26,055 nucleotides of DNA. Origin: a virus. The notes under the pieces are model-generated. The model worked only from the letters and a program-made list of their open reading frames with translations, was not told the origin of the DNA and ran no database searches. The stretch is taken from the UHGV virus genome UHGV-0272533. The stretch is one strand, 5' to 3'. The position numbers and the translations under genes were made by a program. Position 1 is the first letter of the stretch, and the number at the start of each line of letters is the position of its first letter. This document shows, piece by piece, positions 1 through 8,053 of the stretch.

Positions 1-23
1 TTTAATTATATTGTGAGGGCCGC

Positions 24-629
24 ATGATGAATAAAGCTGTATTAAATAGTGAACTCATTGCCATAAAAGCGGGAGACATTATCATTTATAATTATGATGG
101 CGAAACGCGGGAATATATTTCTACATCAACTGAATATCTCGCTGTCGGCGTCGGTATCCCGGCATGTTCCTGTCTGGATGCACCAGGTACACATAAAGCT
201 GGTTATGCAATCTGTCGCTCTGTAGATTTAAATTCATGGGAATATGTGCCAGACCATCGCGGTGAAGTTGTCTATAGTACCGAAACGGGAGATACCAAAG
301 AAATCACAGTTCCGGGTGATTACCCTGAAAATACAACCACTATCGCCCCATTAACGCCATACGATAAATGGGATGGTGAGAAATGGGTGACGGATACCGA
401 GGCACAGCATAGCGCCGCACTAGACGCGGCAGAAGCACAGCGCCAGTCACTGATTAATGCAGCAATGGCTTCCATTAGTCTGATTCAGCTGAAATTACAG
501 GCCGGACGGAAGTTGACGCAGGCAGAAACAACCCGACTTAACGCCGTGCTGGATTACATTGACGCGGTGACGGCAACAGATACCAGCACCGCGCCGGATG
601 TCATCTGGCCTGAACTGCCGGAGGCGTAG
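24..629 (+). CDS. Tail fibre assembly protein (Tfa-like), convergent with the minus-strand tfa
   Basis: 201 aa; ATG at 24 preceded by GAGGG. C-terminus (LNAVLDYIDAVTATDTSTAPDVIWPELP) is the typical Tfa C-terminal motif and is shared with the ORF at 601..1044. 3' ends of the two genes overlap at 601..629. Confidence 0.7.
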   Translation: MMNKAVLNSELIAIKAGDIIIYNYDGETREYISTSTEYLAVGVGIPACSCLDAPGTHKAGYAICRSVDLNSWEYVPDHRGEVVYSTETGDTKEITVPGDYPENTTTIAPLTPYDKWDGEKWVTDTEAQHSAALDAAEAQRQSLINAAMASISLIQLKLQAGRKLTQAETTRLNAVLDYIDAVTATDTSTAPDVIWPELPEA

Positions 630-1044
630 TCCATTCAATATCTGGCGCACTGGAAGTATCGACCATTTCCAGTGCGTCCAGATAATCCAGCCACAAATTA
701 TATTGCACCAGTTCCTCACCTTTCAGACGACCAATTGATGCTTTACCTGGCCATTGTTTACTGTTGATGTATTCGTTGGCCTGATTAATCAATTGCTGCT
801 TTTTAGTTTCGGCTGATGCAATTTGTTCTTCACGTGTTGGTGGAGGAATATCTGCCCATGCAGGCAGTCCATCCTCTCCGACACATCTGTATTTTCCTTC
901 TGGTGGTGTATCATAGAAATATTCCCTGAAAATTACTTCGTCTATATCAACACCTTTTTCTTCAGGCCACTCACCTTTTTCAACATAAAGAGACTGAAGT
1001 TCATAAGGATATGCTAGGTTGTTTACGTACAGATATTTCATCAT
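601..1044 (-). CDS. tfa: Tail fibre assembly protein (Tfa)
   Basis: 147 aa; start ATG overlaps the stop of the upstream tail fibre gene (TAATG at 1042..1046). C-terminal LWLDYLDALEMVDTSSAPDIEWTTPP motif is typical of lambda-type Tfa chaperones. Confidence 0.75.
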   Translation of the reverse strand: MMKYLYVNNLAYPYELQSLYVEKGEWPEEKGVDIDEVIFREYFYDTPPEGKYRCVGEDGLPAWADIPPPTREEQIASAETKKQQLINQANEYINSKQWPGKASIGRLKGEELVQYNLWLDYLDALEMVDTSSAPDIEWTTPPAVQAR

Positions 1045-1853
1045 TACCAGCCCTTAGCGAAAAACGCACCACCTTCAAGACCATAATTGCAGTGAGCTAT
1101 GAAGCCGGTAGTGCTCCAGTTGGTCGCCCCCCACATATTCCCGCCCCCGAAACCACCATCGAACACAATTACAATGCCCGGTGTATGTGTAAATGGAATC
1201 GGGAATGAAACATTGGCGGATACAGGCCCGAGTTCACCAGGAAAACTAATTCGTCCCCACTGTTCAATTGAACCATCTGGCATTTTTCGCCAGCCTGAAC
1301 CTGATGCATATGATGACATATCAGGTATCTGATTTTCCCCAGTTCCCACATTCCGTTTTGCCGCTTCTCCCAAACCAAGGTTTGTGCGAGCGTCTGCGGC
1401 ATTCGTTGCGCCGGTTCCGCCGTCTGCGACAGTAACCGCACCGTTGCTCCCTTTCTGTGCCAGTTTACCGATGCCAGGGATGGTTACGGTGGTCCCGTTG
1501 ATGGTAACGGTGATGGTCTGGTTTGCTGAGGTAGTGGCGAACGTCTCCCACGCGCCAATGTTCTCGTCATACTCTTTGATGAGCTGCGACATTGCCTGGG
1601 CCAGTCCGTCCACGGAGATAATGTCTGACACCAGAATGGCGTATTTCTGGCCGCTCAGCGCCGGGGAAGCGGCAGGCGTAACCGTCATTGACGTGGCGCT
1701 GTTCACGGATGAAATCTGGAACAGTTGCACCGGGTTAGACATCACGATAATTGTCTGGCCAGCGCGAACCTGGCTGGCCGGTGCCGTCCAGTTTGTACCC
1801 GTCCCGGTGGCGGTATTTCCATTAATGGCGATGGTGCCGGTGTTATAAAGCAT
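1044..1853 (-). CDS. Putative tail fibre protein (short, Gly/Thr/Asn-rich)
   Basis: ORF track begins at an alternative TTG at 1868. I prefer ATG at 1851..1853 ([12 protein letters not shown]...) with GGAG 5 nt upstream. Gly/Thr/Ser/Asn-rich composition and position directly upstream of, and coupled to, tfa. Confidence 0.55.
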   Translation of the reverse strand: MLYNTGTIAINGNTATGTGTNWTAPASQVRAGQTIIVMSNPVQLFQISSVNSATSMTVTPAASPALSGQKYAILVSDIISVDGLAQAMSQLIKEYDENIGAWETFATTSANQTITVTINGTTVTIPGIGKLAQKGSNGAVTVADGGTGATNAADARTNLGLGEAAKRNVGTGENQIPDMSSYASGSGWRKMPDGSIEQWGRISFPGELGPVSANVSFPIPFTHTPGIVIVFDGGFGGGNMWGATNWSTTGFIAHCNYGLEGGAFFAKGW

Positions 1854-1869
1854 ATTTTCTCCAGGCAAT

Positions 1870-1892
1870 AAAAAAACCCCGCCGGAGCGAGG
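1870..1892 (-). terminator. Rho-independent terminator downstream of the cor-like gene
   Basis: On the minus strand: CCUCGC-UCCG-GCGGGG stem-loop (6 bp including one G-U pair) followed by U7. Sits 22 nt after the lipoprotein stop at 1914. Confidence 0.5.
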
Positions 1893-1913
1893 TTTATGTT
1901 TAAGCGTAGTGGG

Positions 1914-2147
1914 TTATTTGCAGGTTGTTTCGGTAAATGTATTCGCACTTACCCAGCGCCAGCTGAAAGGATATCCAGCCCGGTACTGCGTCTGGTTGTT
2001 TTGTTTACGCACACCGTAAATCTGAACCGTAGTTTCCTGACCGCCAACGATTGCAGTGCCGCTGCAAACTGGTTCCTGTTTCTCAATTACGCCAGCGCAT
2101 CCTGTAAGCATGACAGCGCCTGCCATGCAGATAATCAGTTTTCTCAT
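1914..2147 (-). CDS. cor: Small lipoprotein, Cor-like (putative superinfection-exclusion protein)
   Basis: 77 aa; N-terminus MRKLIICMAGAVMLTGC has a basic n-region, hydrophobic core and lipobox L-T-G-C. Size and position downstream of J are as for Cor of phi80/N15-type phages (from memory; family assignment not verified). Confidence 0.55.
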   Translation of the reverse strand: MRKLIICMAGAVMLTGCAGVIEKQEPVCSGTAIVGGQETTVQIYGVRKQNNQTQYRAGYPFSWRWVSANTFTETTCK

Positions 2148-2204
2148 TTTGATAGTATCCAGAGGAATTCAGTATCTTAGACGATACCAATACAATTCTG
2201 GTGG

Positions 2205-2262
2205 GTATAATTGATTGGATAGATCAATATTATGTTATTGATCGCTAAAAACGATCAATCAA
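2205..2262 (-). promoter_or_regulatory. AT-rich regulatory region upstream of cor with palindromic ATTGATC/GATCAAT motifs and three GATC sites; candidate promoter
   Basis: GATC at 2222..2225, 2240..2243 and 2253..2256. Inverted repeat ATTGATCG(n7)CGATCAAT at 2237..2259 and TTGAT(n8)ATCAA at 2211..2228. On the minus strand, TTGATC (2253..2258), 18-nt spacer, CATAAT (2229..2234) resembles a sigma70 promoter. Confidence 0.3.
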
Positions 2263-2933
2263 TCATAGGCCGCTGTATTTATGGCGGTTAATGAAATGCC
2301 AGTATTCGTTCCCCCTACAGGTGAACCTGTCCCAGTGGAGGTCCCCCCTGCGTTTATCCTCGTATTGGCCCCGTCAAACCTGCATGAAGAATAAGCATTT
2401 ATCGTGTAGATAGTCGGAGGCTGGGTTGAATTATTCACAATGATGGTCTGACCCAACTGAGCAGGTGCAACGGCCCATGACCCGCTCAGCGTCTGGTCAA
2501 TATTTATCCCGCCGTTTGCACCAGGCGTGCCAACCGTCTGCAGGTCTGATAGCACACGGGACTCATTAGTTAACACAAGCTTTCCGCTCGCATCCCATAT
2601 TGCCAAACCCCATTTCGGTAATATCTGCGGGAATATGGCAAAAACGTACGCCGTTAAAGTGAAACTTTGGTTGTAGGGATTAACACCAACAACATACACA
2701 TTACCGCCGTTCCTGTAAGACATAACCGGAGTGGGCTGTGCTGTATTGGTGGTTTTGATAAAAACCATCACTGGGTAATCAGCGTTTAAAGCGATATTTT
2801 GAGCAACCTGCTGAGAACTGCCATTCGCGGATGAATTGAAGGTATACTTCCCGTAAAGACAGAAAGGCGTTGATTGTGGCGTTACAAAGGGATTCCCGTT
2901 ATCCATTAATATCATCGCGCCAAATTCGGCCAT
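2259..2933 (-). CDS. Hypothetical phage protein downstream of J (paralogous to the 2933..3235 product)
   Basis: 224 aa; ATG at 2933 overlaps the upstream stop (TAATG); GGAG 8 nt upstream. Contains AIWDASGKL, similar to IQTWDASGNP in the neighbouring ORF. Function unknown. Confidence 0.5.
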   Translation of the reverse strand: MAEFGAMILMDNGNPFVTPQSTPFCLYGKYTFNSSANGSSQQVAQNIALNADYPVMVFIKTTNTAQPTPVMSYRNGGNVYVVGVNPYNQSFTLTAYVFAIFPQILPKWGLAIWDASGKLVLTNESRVLSDLQTVGTPGANGGINIDQTLSGSWAVAPAQLGQTIIVNNSTQPPTIYTINAYSSCRFDGANTRINAGGTSTGTGSPVGGTNTGISLTAINTAAYD

Positions 2934-3235
2934 TATGCTTTCTCCATGAAAACGACCACCTCACATTTAGAGGCCGGGTAATTACCCAGGCCCACAGAAG
3001 AGGCTGCGGTTACGGTTATTGTGTTCCCTGACGCGACAATGCTCCTCCCTACGCTGTTACCTCCTTCATCAAGTGAGAGCGCAAAACCGACCTTCATTCC
3101 TGAGGGTACAGTGAAAGACCAGCTGCCGGAGTTTTGTCCGGCGGCAAGTTGTATACGTCCAACAACGGAAACGGGCTTGATTCCGTAGTTGTTGGGGTTT
3201 CCCGAAGCATCCCAGGTCTGTATTCCATAAGCCAT
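2933..3235 (-). CDS. Hypothetical phage protein downstream of J
   Basis: 100 aa; start ATG 2 nt after the J stop (TGATATG). Shares the WDASG motif with the next ORF. Function unknown. Confidence 0.5.
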   Translation of the reverse strand: MAYGIQTWDASGNPNNYGIKPVSVVGRIQLAAGQNSGSWSFTVPSGMKVGFALSLDEGGNSVGRSIVASGNTITVTAASSVGLGNYPASKCEVVVFMEKA

Positions 3236-3236
3236 A

Positions 3237-6200
3237 TCAGAACACCCCCGTTAATCGGCCAACCTGCACTCTCAGAACGTTGTTGCCATCCTTGACGCTG
3301 ATTGTCTGGTTGGTCTGCTTCATGGCTCCCTCCCCAGCTGTCGAACCGTAGTTCTCAAACGTCCCGGACTTATCCAGTTTCCAGCCAACAGAGCCGGCAA
3401 CATAATTGTTCGACTGGATGTAATTGCCAATTTTTGCATTGCTTATGGTCCCGTCGCCAATGACTGTATCCCTGATAATGGCCTGGCCATTCTGGATAAC
3501 GAACGGCAGTGTTACAGTCCCGCCGACCATAGTAGTCACGGCGAAACGGTCTGCCAGGAAGATTACCTGTGACTGCATGCCGGAGGGTGTATTTTGAACC
3601 CCAATACCCATCCCGGCAGCGTAATACTGCCCGTTACTGGACACCCCCACCTTGATGTTATACATCGCGCTGAGGTTACCGTTTACATCTGCTATAGCCT
3701 GTGCGTTGACGTTTATCGCTGCACTGTTTTCGCCTGATTTAACAGTCAGAGTGTTGATTTTTGTTGCCGAAGCCTGGGTGAAATCAGCAAGAGTTTCTGT
3801 CAGGTCCGTTGAGTTAGAGATATTGCCACCAGCTTCTGCATCCAGTGTGACCAGCGCGCGTGCGACCGCCTGGCTGGTATCGGCAATCGTAGTATCCACT
3901 CTGTCTATACTGGCACTGTTCCCGGCGTTTGTTGCTGTCTGGGAACGACGACTGACAACCTGCGCCAGCCCATTCTGGATTATCGCAATTGCCGAATTCT
4001 TCACGCCTCCTGTCATACCGTCCATTGAAACGGAAATCTCATCGATTTTTACCGCCGCCTGCGCCAGCCCGTCAGCGTTTTCCTGTATATCTTTCGCCTG
4101 CTGCTCCAGCTCGTCGGCATGGTTTTTGATTTCGTCAGCCATGCCAGCAATTTTTTCATTGCTGTCCACTGCGCTCTCAATCAGATCTTTAAACGTAGCG
4201 GAGTCTTTGATCTCCTCCAGGATCACATCGGTGATATCGGAAACATCGATGCTGGCCTGACCTCGCACCCAGTCGGTATACCCGGACTCGTTTCCCGTTC
4301 TGTCGACCAGTTGCGCGCGATACCAGAAAATCTGCCCTGCCTTAAGACCCATCTGCTGATATTTGCGCTGCGGATAAGGCACATCGGCCAGCAGCATTGC
4401 ATCATCTTCGCTACCGGTCAGGCTGTACTGAATTTCCGTCTTCAGCGTGTCTTCGGTATTCGCCGGGAATCCCCAGTTCAGCTCGATACCGAATACCACG
4501 TTTTCAGAAGCGATGAAGCCAACCGGCTTCGGTGGGTTTCCCACTTTACCCGTCAACGTTTTCTCTTCTGAATAGCCCCACCCAGATGAAATTTCGGCGG
4601 CATTGATGGCACGCACGCGAACCAGGTAGCGTCCTGCATAAATCCCCGGAACATCGAATGACGTGGTGGAGCTGCGCGGCACATTCACCCAGTTCCCGTC
4701 ATTGCGACGCCACTGTGCCTCATACGCGATAGCATTTTTCGCCTGGTCCCAGCTGACGCGCATGGTCTCAACGCTGATATTCTGCTGAACGACAGAAAAC
4801 GAACTGATCGCGATATTAGCTGGCGGGGACTGATTACCGGGCGGAATTACACTTATTGGCCGCTGGTCGACGATGGCGCCGGTATCGATACGGGCATACT
4901 TATCCGGATCGTGAAAAGCACCAGTAATAGAAAACGTGCCGTCGTTATTATCAGAGACGCTGATAACACGATATTGCTGTGCATAAAGCTCGTCGGATTC
5001 GACAATCCATACCGATTCGACTGCCGGTGTTTCGCTGTATGCCGTGGTCACGGTGACAGCCCGGCCGTTTACGCTCTGAATCGTCCTGCTCTGCGATGCG
5101 CCAGACGGCAGGTTAACCATAAGACGGCTTCCGGCAACGGCAGCGGAATCACGATCAAGCGTGATAACGCGACCATTAACCGCGCTGATACGCCCTCCCA
5201 TCACCTTTCCGGATAACAGCTCATCGGCAACCGCGATAATATAACCAGGCTGTGGAATGTTGCCGTCCAGACCAACATCAAACGATACGATGCGATCCTT
5301 GTTATTGGTCTGAATCCCCCAGCGCCCCTTACGGTTTGCCTCAGACTGCCGGGTACAGCCAATGGCTGTCATCTCGAGCTGGTTTGTGCCAAAGCGAGCG
5401 ACGAGCTCCTGTTCAAAAACCGGCTCCATCGCATCTGCGTAGGCATTACCCGGATCTGACCAGGAAACCAGCGCGGTGGTATAGCGGTTTTTAGTGGTGC
5501 TGCCAGAATAGGTAAAGCGGCCGTCAACCACGTTAGCGCGGGTGTAGCTGTAATCAACATCGCGGGGCATATCTGCCAGTGCAACGATTTGATTGCCGCC
5601 CCAGTACGTCATGCCACGGAATATCGCCGCAAAATCACGTAACACGGTATAGGCGTCATTCCTCTCCTGCACGTACACGTTACAGGTATAGCGAGGCTCG
5701 GTGCCGCTACCGCCTTTACCATCAGGAACCAGCTGATCGCAATATTGTGCGACCTGGTAAAGCGTCCATTTATCAATATTTGCCGCCGTCAGGCGGTCGC
5801 CAAGTCCAAAACGGTCGCTCACCACCAGATCGTAAAAAATCCACGCCGGATTGTCCGTCCATGCCCACTTAAACGCCCCCGTCCAGGTACCGCTATAGGT
5901 CCGGGTTTCCGGATCGTAAGTATCCGGCACGCGGATAACGCGCCCGCGCGGTTCACAGGAAATTTGCGGGATGGAGCCGTTAAACTGGCTTGAATCGAAT
6001 TCAATGTACAGCAGCGCGGTGTTTGGATAGCGCAGTTTGGCATCGATTACCTCCGTGTAGCTCTGCAGCGTCATCGTGTCGCCAATTTTCGCACTGTTCG
6101 CATCTGCGGTGAGCTTACGAAGACGTACCGTCCAGGTGCTTCCCGCCTGCGGTAAGTCGATACGGTGGCTGCGTTCGTAGCCTGACGTGGTTTTCCCGGT

Positions 6201-6692
6201 GACGCTGGTATTAAGCACGGTCTGCCAGGTACCGCCATCTGTCTGCAGATCGATAGCGTAATTAATCGAATAGCCGACCAGATCGCCGTCGTCCTCCTGT
6301 TTAAACAGTGATGGCCATTTGAGGCGCAGACGAATGGCTGACAGCTGGGTGTTGGTAAAGGTATGCGTCCAGGCCGTAGCGCTTGAAACTTCGGTACCTA
6401 CGCTGATTTCATTCTCGGTACCGGGGATGCCCTGAATATACTTTTGAGCCTGAGTCCCCGGGCGGAACTCCCATGCCACGCCGCTGAAGTTTTGCGATCC
6501 GTCTGCATTCTCCAGTGGCGTGCCGTCAAGATAGATATCTTTAGCCGTTAACTGCCCCGCAAATTCCCCTTCTCCCAGCGCAACAAGAATCTTGGCCTTC
6601 GCTACGGACTGGAGATCGTCTGGCTGTTCTGTAGGGGTACGGGAACTGGAACTGCCGCCCTTGCGGCCTCTAATCGGAGTGGAAGTAGCCAT
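3237..6692 (-). CDS. J: Tail tip / host specificity protein J
   Basis: 1151 aa, ATG at 6692. Central region has recognisable similarity to lambda gpJ (e.g. ...YTCNVYVQERNDAYTVLRDFAAIFRGMTYW...). The C-terminal end (...VLRVQVGRLTGVF) differs from lambda's. Confidence 0.9.
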   Translation of the reverse strand: MATSTPIRGRKGGSSSSRTPTEQPDDLQSVAKAKILVALGEGEFAGQLTAKDIYLDGTPLENADGSQNFSGVAWEFRPGTQAQKYIQGIPGTENEISVGTEVSSATAWTHTFTNTQLSAIRLRLKWPSLFKQEDDGDLVGYSINYAIDLQTDGGTWQTVLNTSVTGKTTSGYERSHRIDLPQAGSTWTVRLRKLTADANSAKIGDTMTLQSYTEVIDAKLRYPNTALLYIEFDSSQFNGSIPQISCEPRGRVIRVPDTYDPETRTYSGTWTGAFKWAWTDNPAWIFYDLVVSDRFGLGDRLTAANIDKWTLYQVAQYCDQLVPDGKGGSGTEPRYTCNVYVQERNDAYTVLRDFAAIFRGMTYWGGNQIVALADMPRDVDYSYTRANVVDGRFTYSGSTTKNRYTTALVSWSDPGNAYADAMEPVFEQELVARFGTNQLEMTAIGCTRQSEANRKGRWGIQTNNKDRIVSFDVGLDGNIPQPGYIIAVADELLSGKVMGGRISAVNGRVITLDRDSAAVAGSRLMVNLPSGASQSRTIQSVNGRAVTVTTAYSETPAVESVWIVESDELYAQQYRVISVSDNNDGTFSITGAFHDPDKYARIDTGAIVDQRPISVIPPGNQSPPANIAISSFSVVQQNISVETMRVSWDQAKNAIAYEAQWRRNDGNWVNVPRSSTTSFDVPGIYAGRYLVRVRAINAAEISSGWGYSEEKTLTGKVGNPPKPVGFIASENVVFGIELNWGFPANTEDTLKTEIQYSLTGSEDDAMLLADVPYPQRKYQQMGLKAGQIFWYRAQLVDRTGNESGYTDWVRGQASIDVSDITDVILEEIKDSATFKDLIESAVDSNEKIAGMADEIKNHADELEQQAKDIQENADGLAQAAVKIDEISVSMDGMTGGVKNSAIAIIQNGLAQVVSRRSQTATNAGNSASIDRVDTTIADTSQAVARALVTLDAEAGGNISNSTDLTETLADFTQASATKINTLTVKSGENSAAINVNAQAIADVNGNLSAMYNIKVGVSSNGQYYAAGMGIGVQNTPSGMQSQVIFLADRFAVTTMVGGTVTLPFVIQNGQAIIRDTVIGDGTISNAKIGNYIQSNNYVAGSVGWKLDKSGTFENYGSTAGEGAMKQTNQTISVKDGNNVLRVQVGRLTGVF

Positions 6693-6703
6693 ATTGCGCC
6701 CAT

Positions 6704-6726
6704 AAAAAAGCCACCCTGAGGTGGCC
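6704..6726 (-). terminator. Terminator-like hairpin between I and J
   Basis: Minus strand: GCCACC-UCAG-GGUGGC stem-loop followed by UUUUUU, 14 nt upstream of the J start codon. Confidence 0.4.
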
Positions 6727-6742
6727 TGAAAGAAGGTTTTAT

Positions 6743-7333
6743 TTACTGCTGATCTTCGACATATATCCCGGCAGAAATAATCGCACCGCCGATTCGCCGG
6801 CGACCATAAAGAAGTGGTACCGGGTAGCCCTGCGCAGCGGTGTTTGTGACCCCGCCAAACGCGTAGGAGGCGCGGTTATCAGAGCTTTGTTTGCTGGCCA
6901 GACCTGCTGGTTGAGGGGAAAGCATCTGGACAACGCCGCCCAGCATGACTGCGGCACCAAGTTTGTAGAAGAATGGTGAAGCCGCAGCCCAGGGCGTGAA
7001 ATTAAGAACCACACCGACAGCAACCAGAACCGCACCTAAAATAGTCTGTAGTACACCCGCTTTTTTACTCCCGATAATGACCGGGACAATGCGGATAACA
7101 TCGCCGGTGACCGGGAAGCCAAGGTCATCAACACCAATATTCTTTTTCCCTTTGAATACGGAATAAGTGAGCCCACGGCGCTGGCTGGAGATCATAAACT
7201 GCTCAAATCCCGGAACCGTCTTTGCCAGCGCAACACTCGCCTCGTTAACGCGGGAAATCAGGCGGTGGTGAACTTTACCGAACGTTTTGCCGAGCACGCC
7301 GCCAAGCTCAATGCGGCTCATGACTTCCTGCAT
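6743..7333 (-). CDS. I: Tail assembly protein I
   Basis: 196 aa; position between K and J; hydrophobic C-terminal half as in lambda gpI; start overlaps the K 3' end. Confidence 0.8.
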   Translation of the reverse strand: MQEVMSRIELGGVLGKTFGKVHHRLISRVNEASVALAKTVPGFEQFMISSQRRGLTYSVFKGKKNIGVDDLGFPVTGDVIRIVPVIIGSKKAGVLQTILGAVLVAVGVVLNFTPWAAASPFFYKLGAAVMLGGVVQMLSPQPAGLASKQSSDNRASYAFGGVTNTAAQGYPVPLLYGRRRIGGAIISAGIYVEDQQ

Positions 7334-8052
7334 GATTCATTCCCCCTTAAATCTTTATAGCGAACGATTTTCATCGTGCGCTCCTGCCAGTATCCGCCAT
7401 AAGGAACACGCTGACTCAGATGCCCGTAAAGATGGTGCAGCAGCATGTTACCCTCCAGTAAAATCCCGGCATGATTCCACTTATCGGCCTGCACCTGCAT
7501 GATGACCAGATCGCCTTCCTGAGGCGGGCCGTCAAACTCCCTGAATCCGCACTCGTACCAGCAGTCCTGATAGAAGTTGTCCGGATAGCTGTTCTCCCAC
7601 CAGGGATAATCGACGCGGTAATCATGGAGTTCGATGCCGTGGGTCTGCCGGAAATAGCTCATTACCAGCCCCCAGCAATCGAAGTGGCCAAGCACGAACG
7701 GGCGCTCCAGCAGCGGCAGTTCCCCGCGCGGCTGAATAGTGCGTAAATCCCCCTCCGGCCAGCTCACAATATGCCAGGGCAGCAGCGTTGCATCACATTG
7801 CGCCTTATCAAGCTCGCTGGCCTGCGTCGTCGCGTCAGGGTGGCTGTGAACAATGGCTACCACCGTCCCCCAGTCTTCGGCAGCTGCGTAGTCTTCGGGA
7901 GAAAGGTGAAAATGTTCTGTCGGCTCTTCAGAAAGGTTGCGGCAGGGGAAATAACGCTCAACCCGGCTTTTCTGCGCCACCACGCCGCAGCACTCTCGCG
8001 GGTATTCCGCAGCGGCATGCACCATGATGGCATCAATGGTTTTCTGACGCAT
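7318..8052 (-). CDS. K: Tail assembly protein K (JAB/MPN-like plus NlpC/P60-like)
   Basis: Start placed at ATG 8050..8052 (MRQKTIDAIMVHAAAEYPRECCGVV...), 1 nt after the L stop. The longer ORF back to 8115 would overlap L by 62 nt. Contains the HSHP motif. Confidence 0.85.
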   Translation of the reverse strand: MRQKTIDAIMVHAAAEYPRECCGVVAQKSRVERYFPCRNLSEEPTEHFHLSPEDYAAAEDWGTVVAIVHSHPDATTQASELDKAQCDATLLPWHIVSWPEGDLRTIQPRGELPLLERPFVLGHFDCWGLVMSYFRQTHGIELHDYRVDYPWWENSYPDNFYQDCWYECGFREFDGPPQEGDLVIMQVQADKWNHAGILLEGNMLLHHLYGHLSQRVPYGGYWQERTMKIVRYKDLRGNESCRKS

Positions 8053-8053
8053 A

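Noticed and set aside
1384-1848. 154-aa plus-strand ORF overlapping the tail fibre gene
   Set aside because: Antisense to the fibre gene; Val/Pro/Ala-rich low-complexity translation; no start context.
1854-1868. Alternative TTG start extending the tail fibre ORF by 5 codons
   Set aside because: It would begin inside the U tract of the upstream terminator; the ATG at 1851..1853 has a properly spaced GGAG.
1870-1900. Possible hix/gix-like invertase crossover site (AAACC...GGTTT)
   Set aside because: The AAACC and GGTTT arms are separated by 12 nt rather than 2 and form a GC stem with a U tract, so it is a terminator.
2205-2262. Short repeats with spacers (ATTGAT/ATCAAT units) as a possible CRISPR array
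   Set aside because: Only three 6-8 bp palindromic units with irregular short spacers, and no cas genes; consistent with operator or GATC sites.
3652-4571. Plus-strand ORFs of 202 aa and 150 aa inside J
   Set aside because: Antisense to a well-supported J gene; low-complexity Ala/Ser/Ile-rich translations typical of antisense frames; no RBS context.
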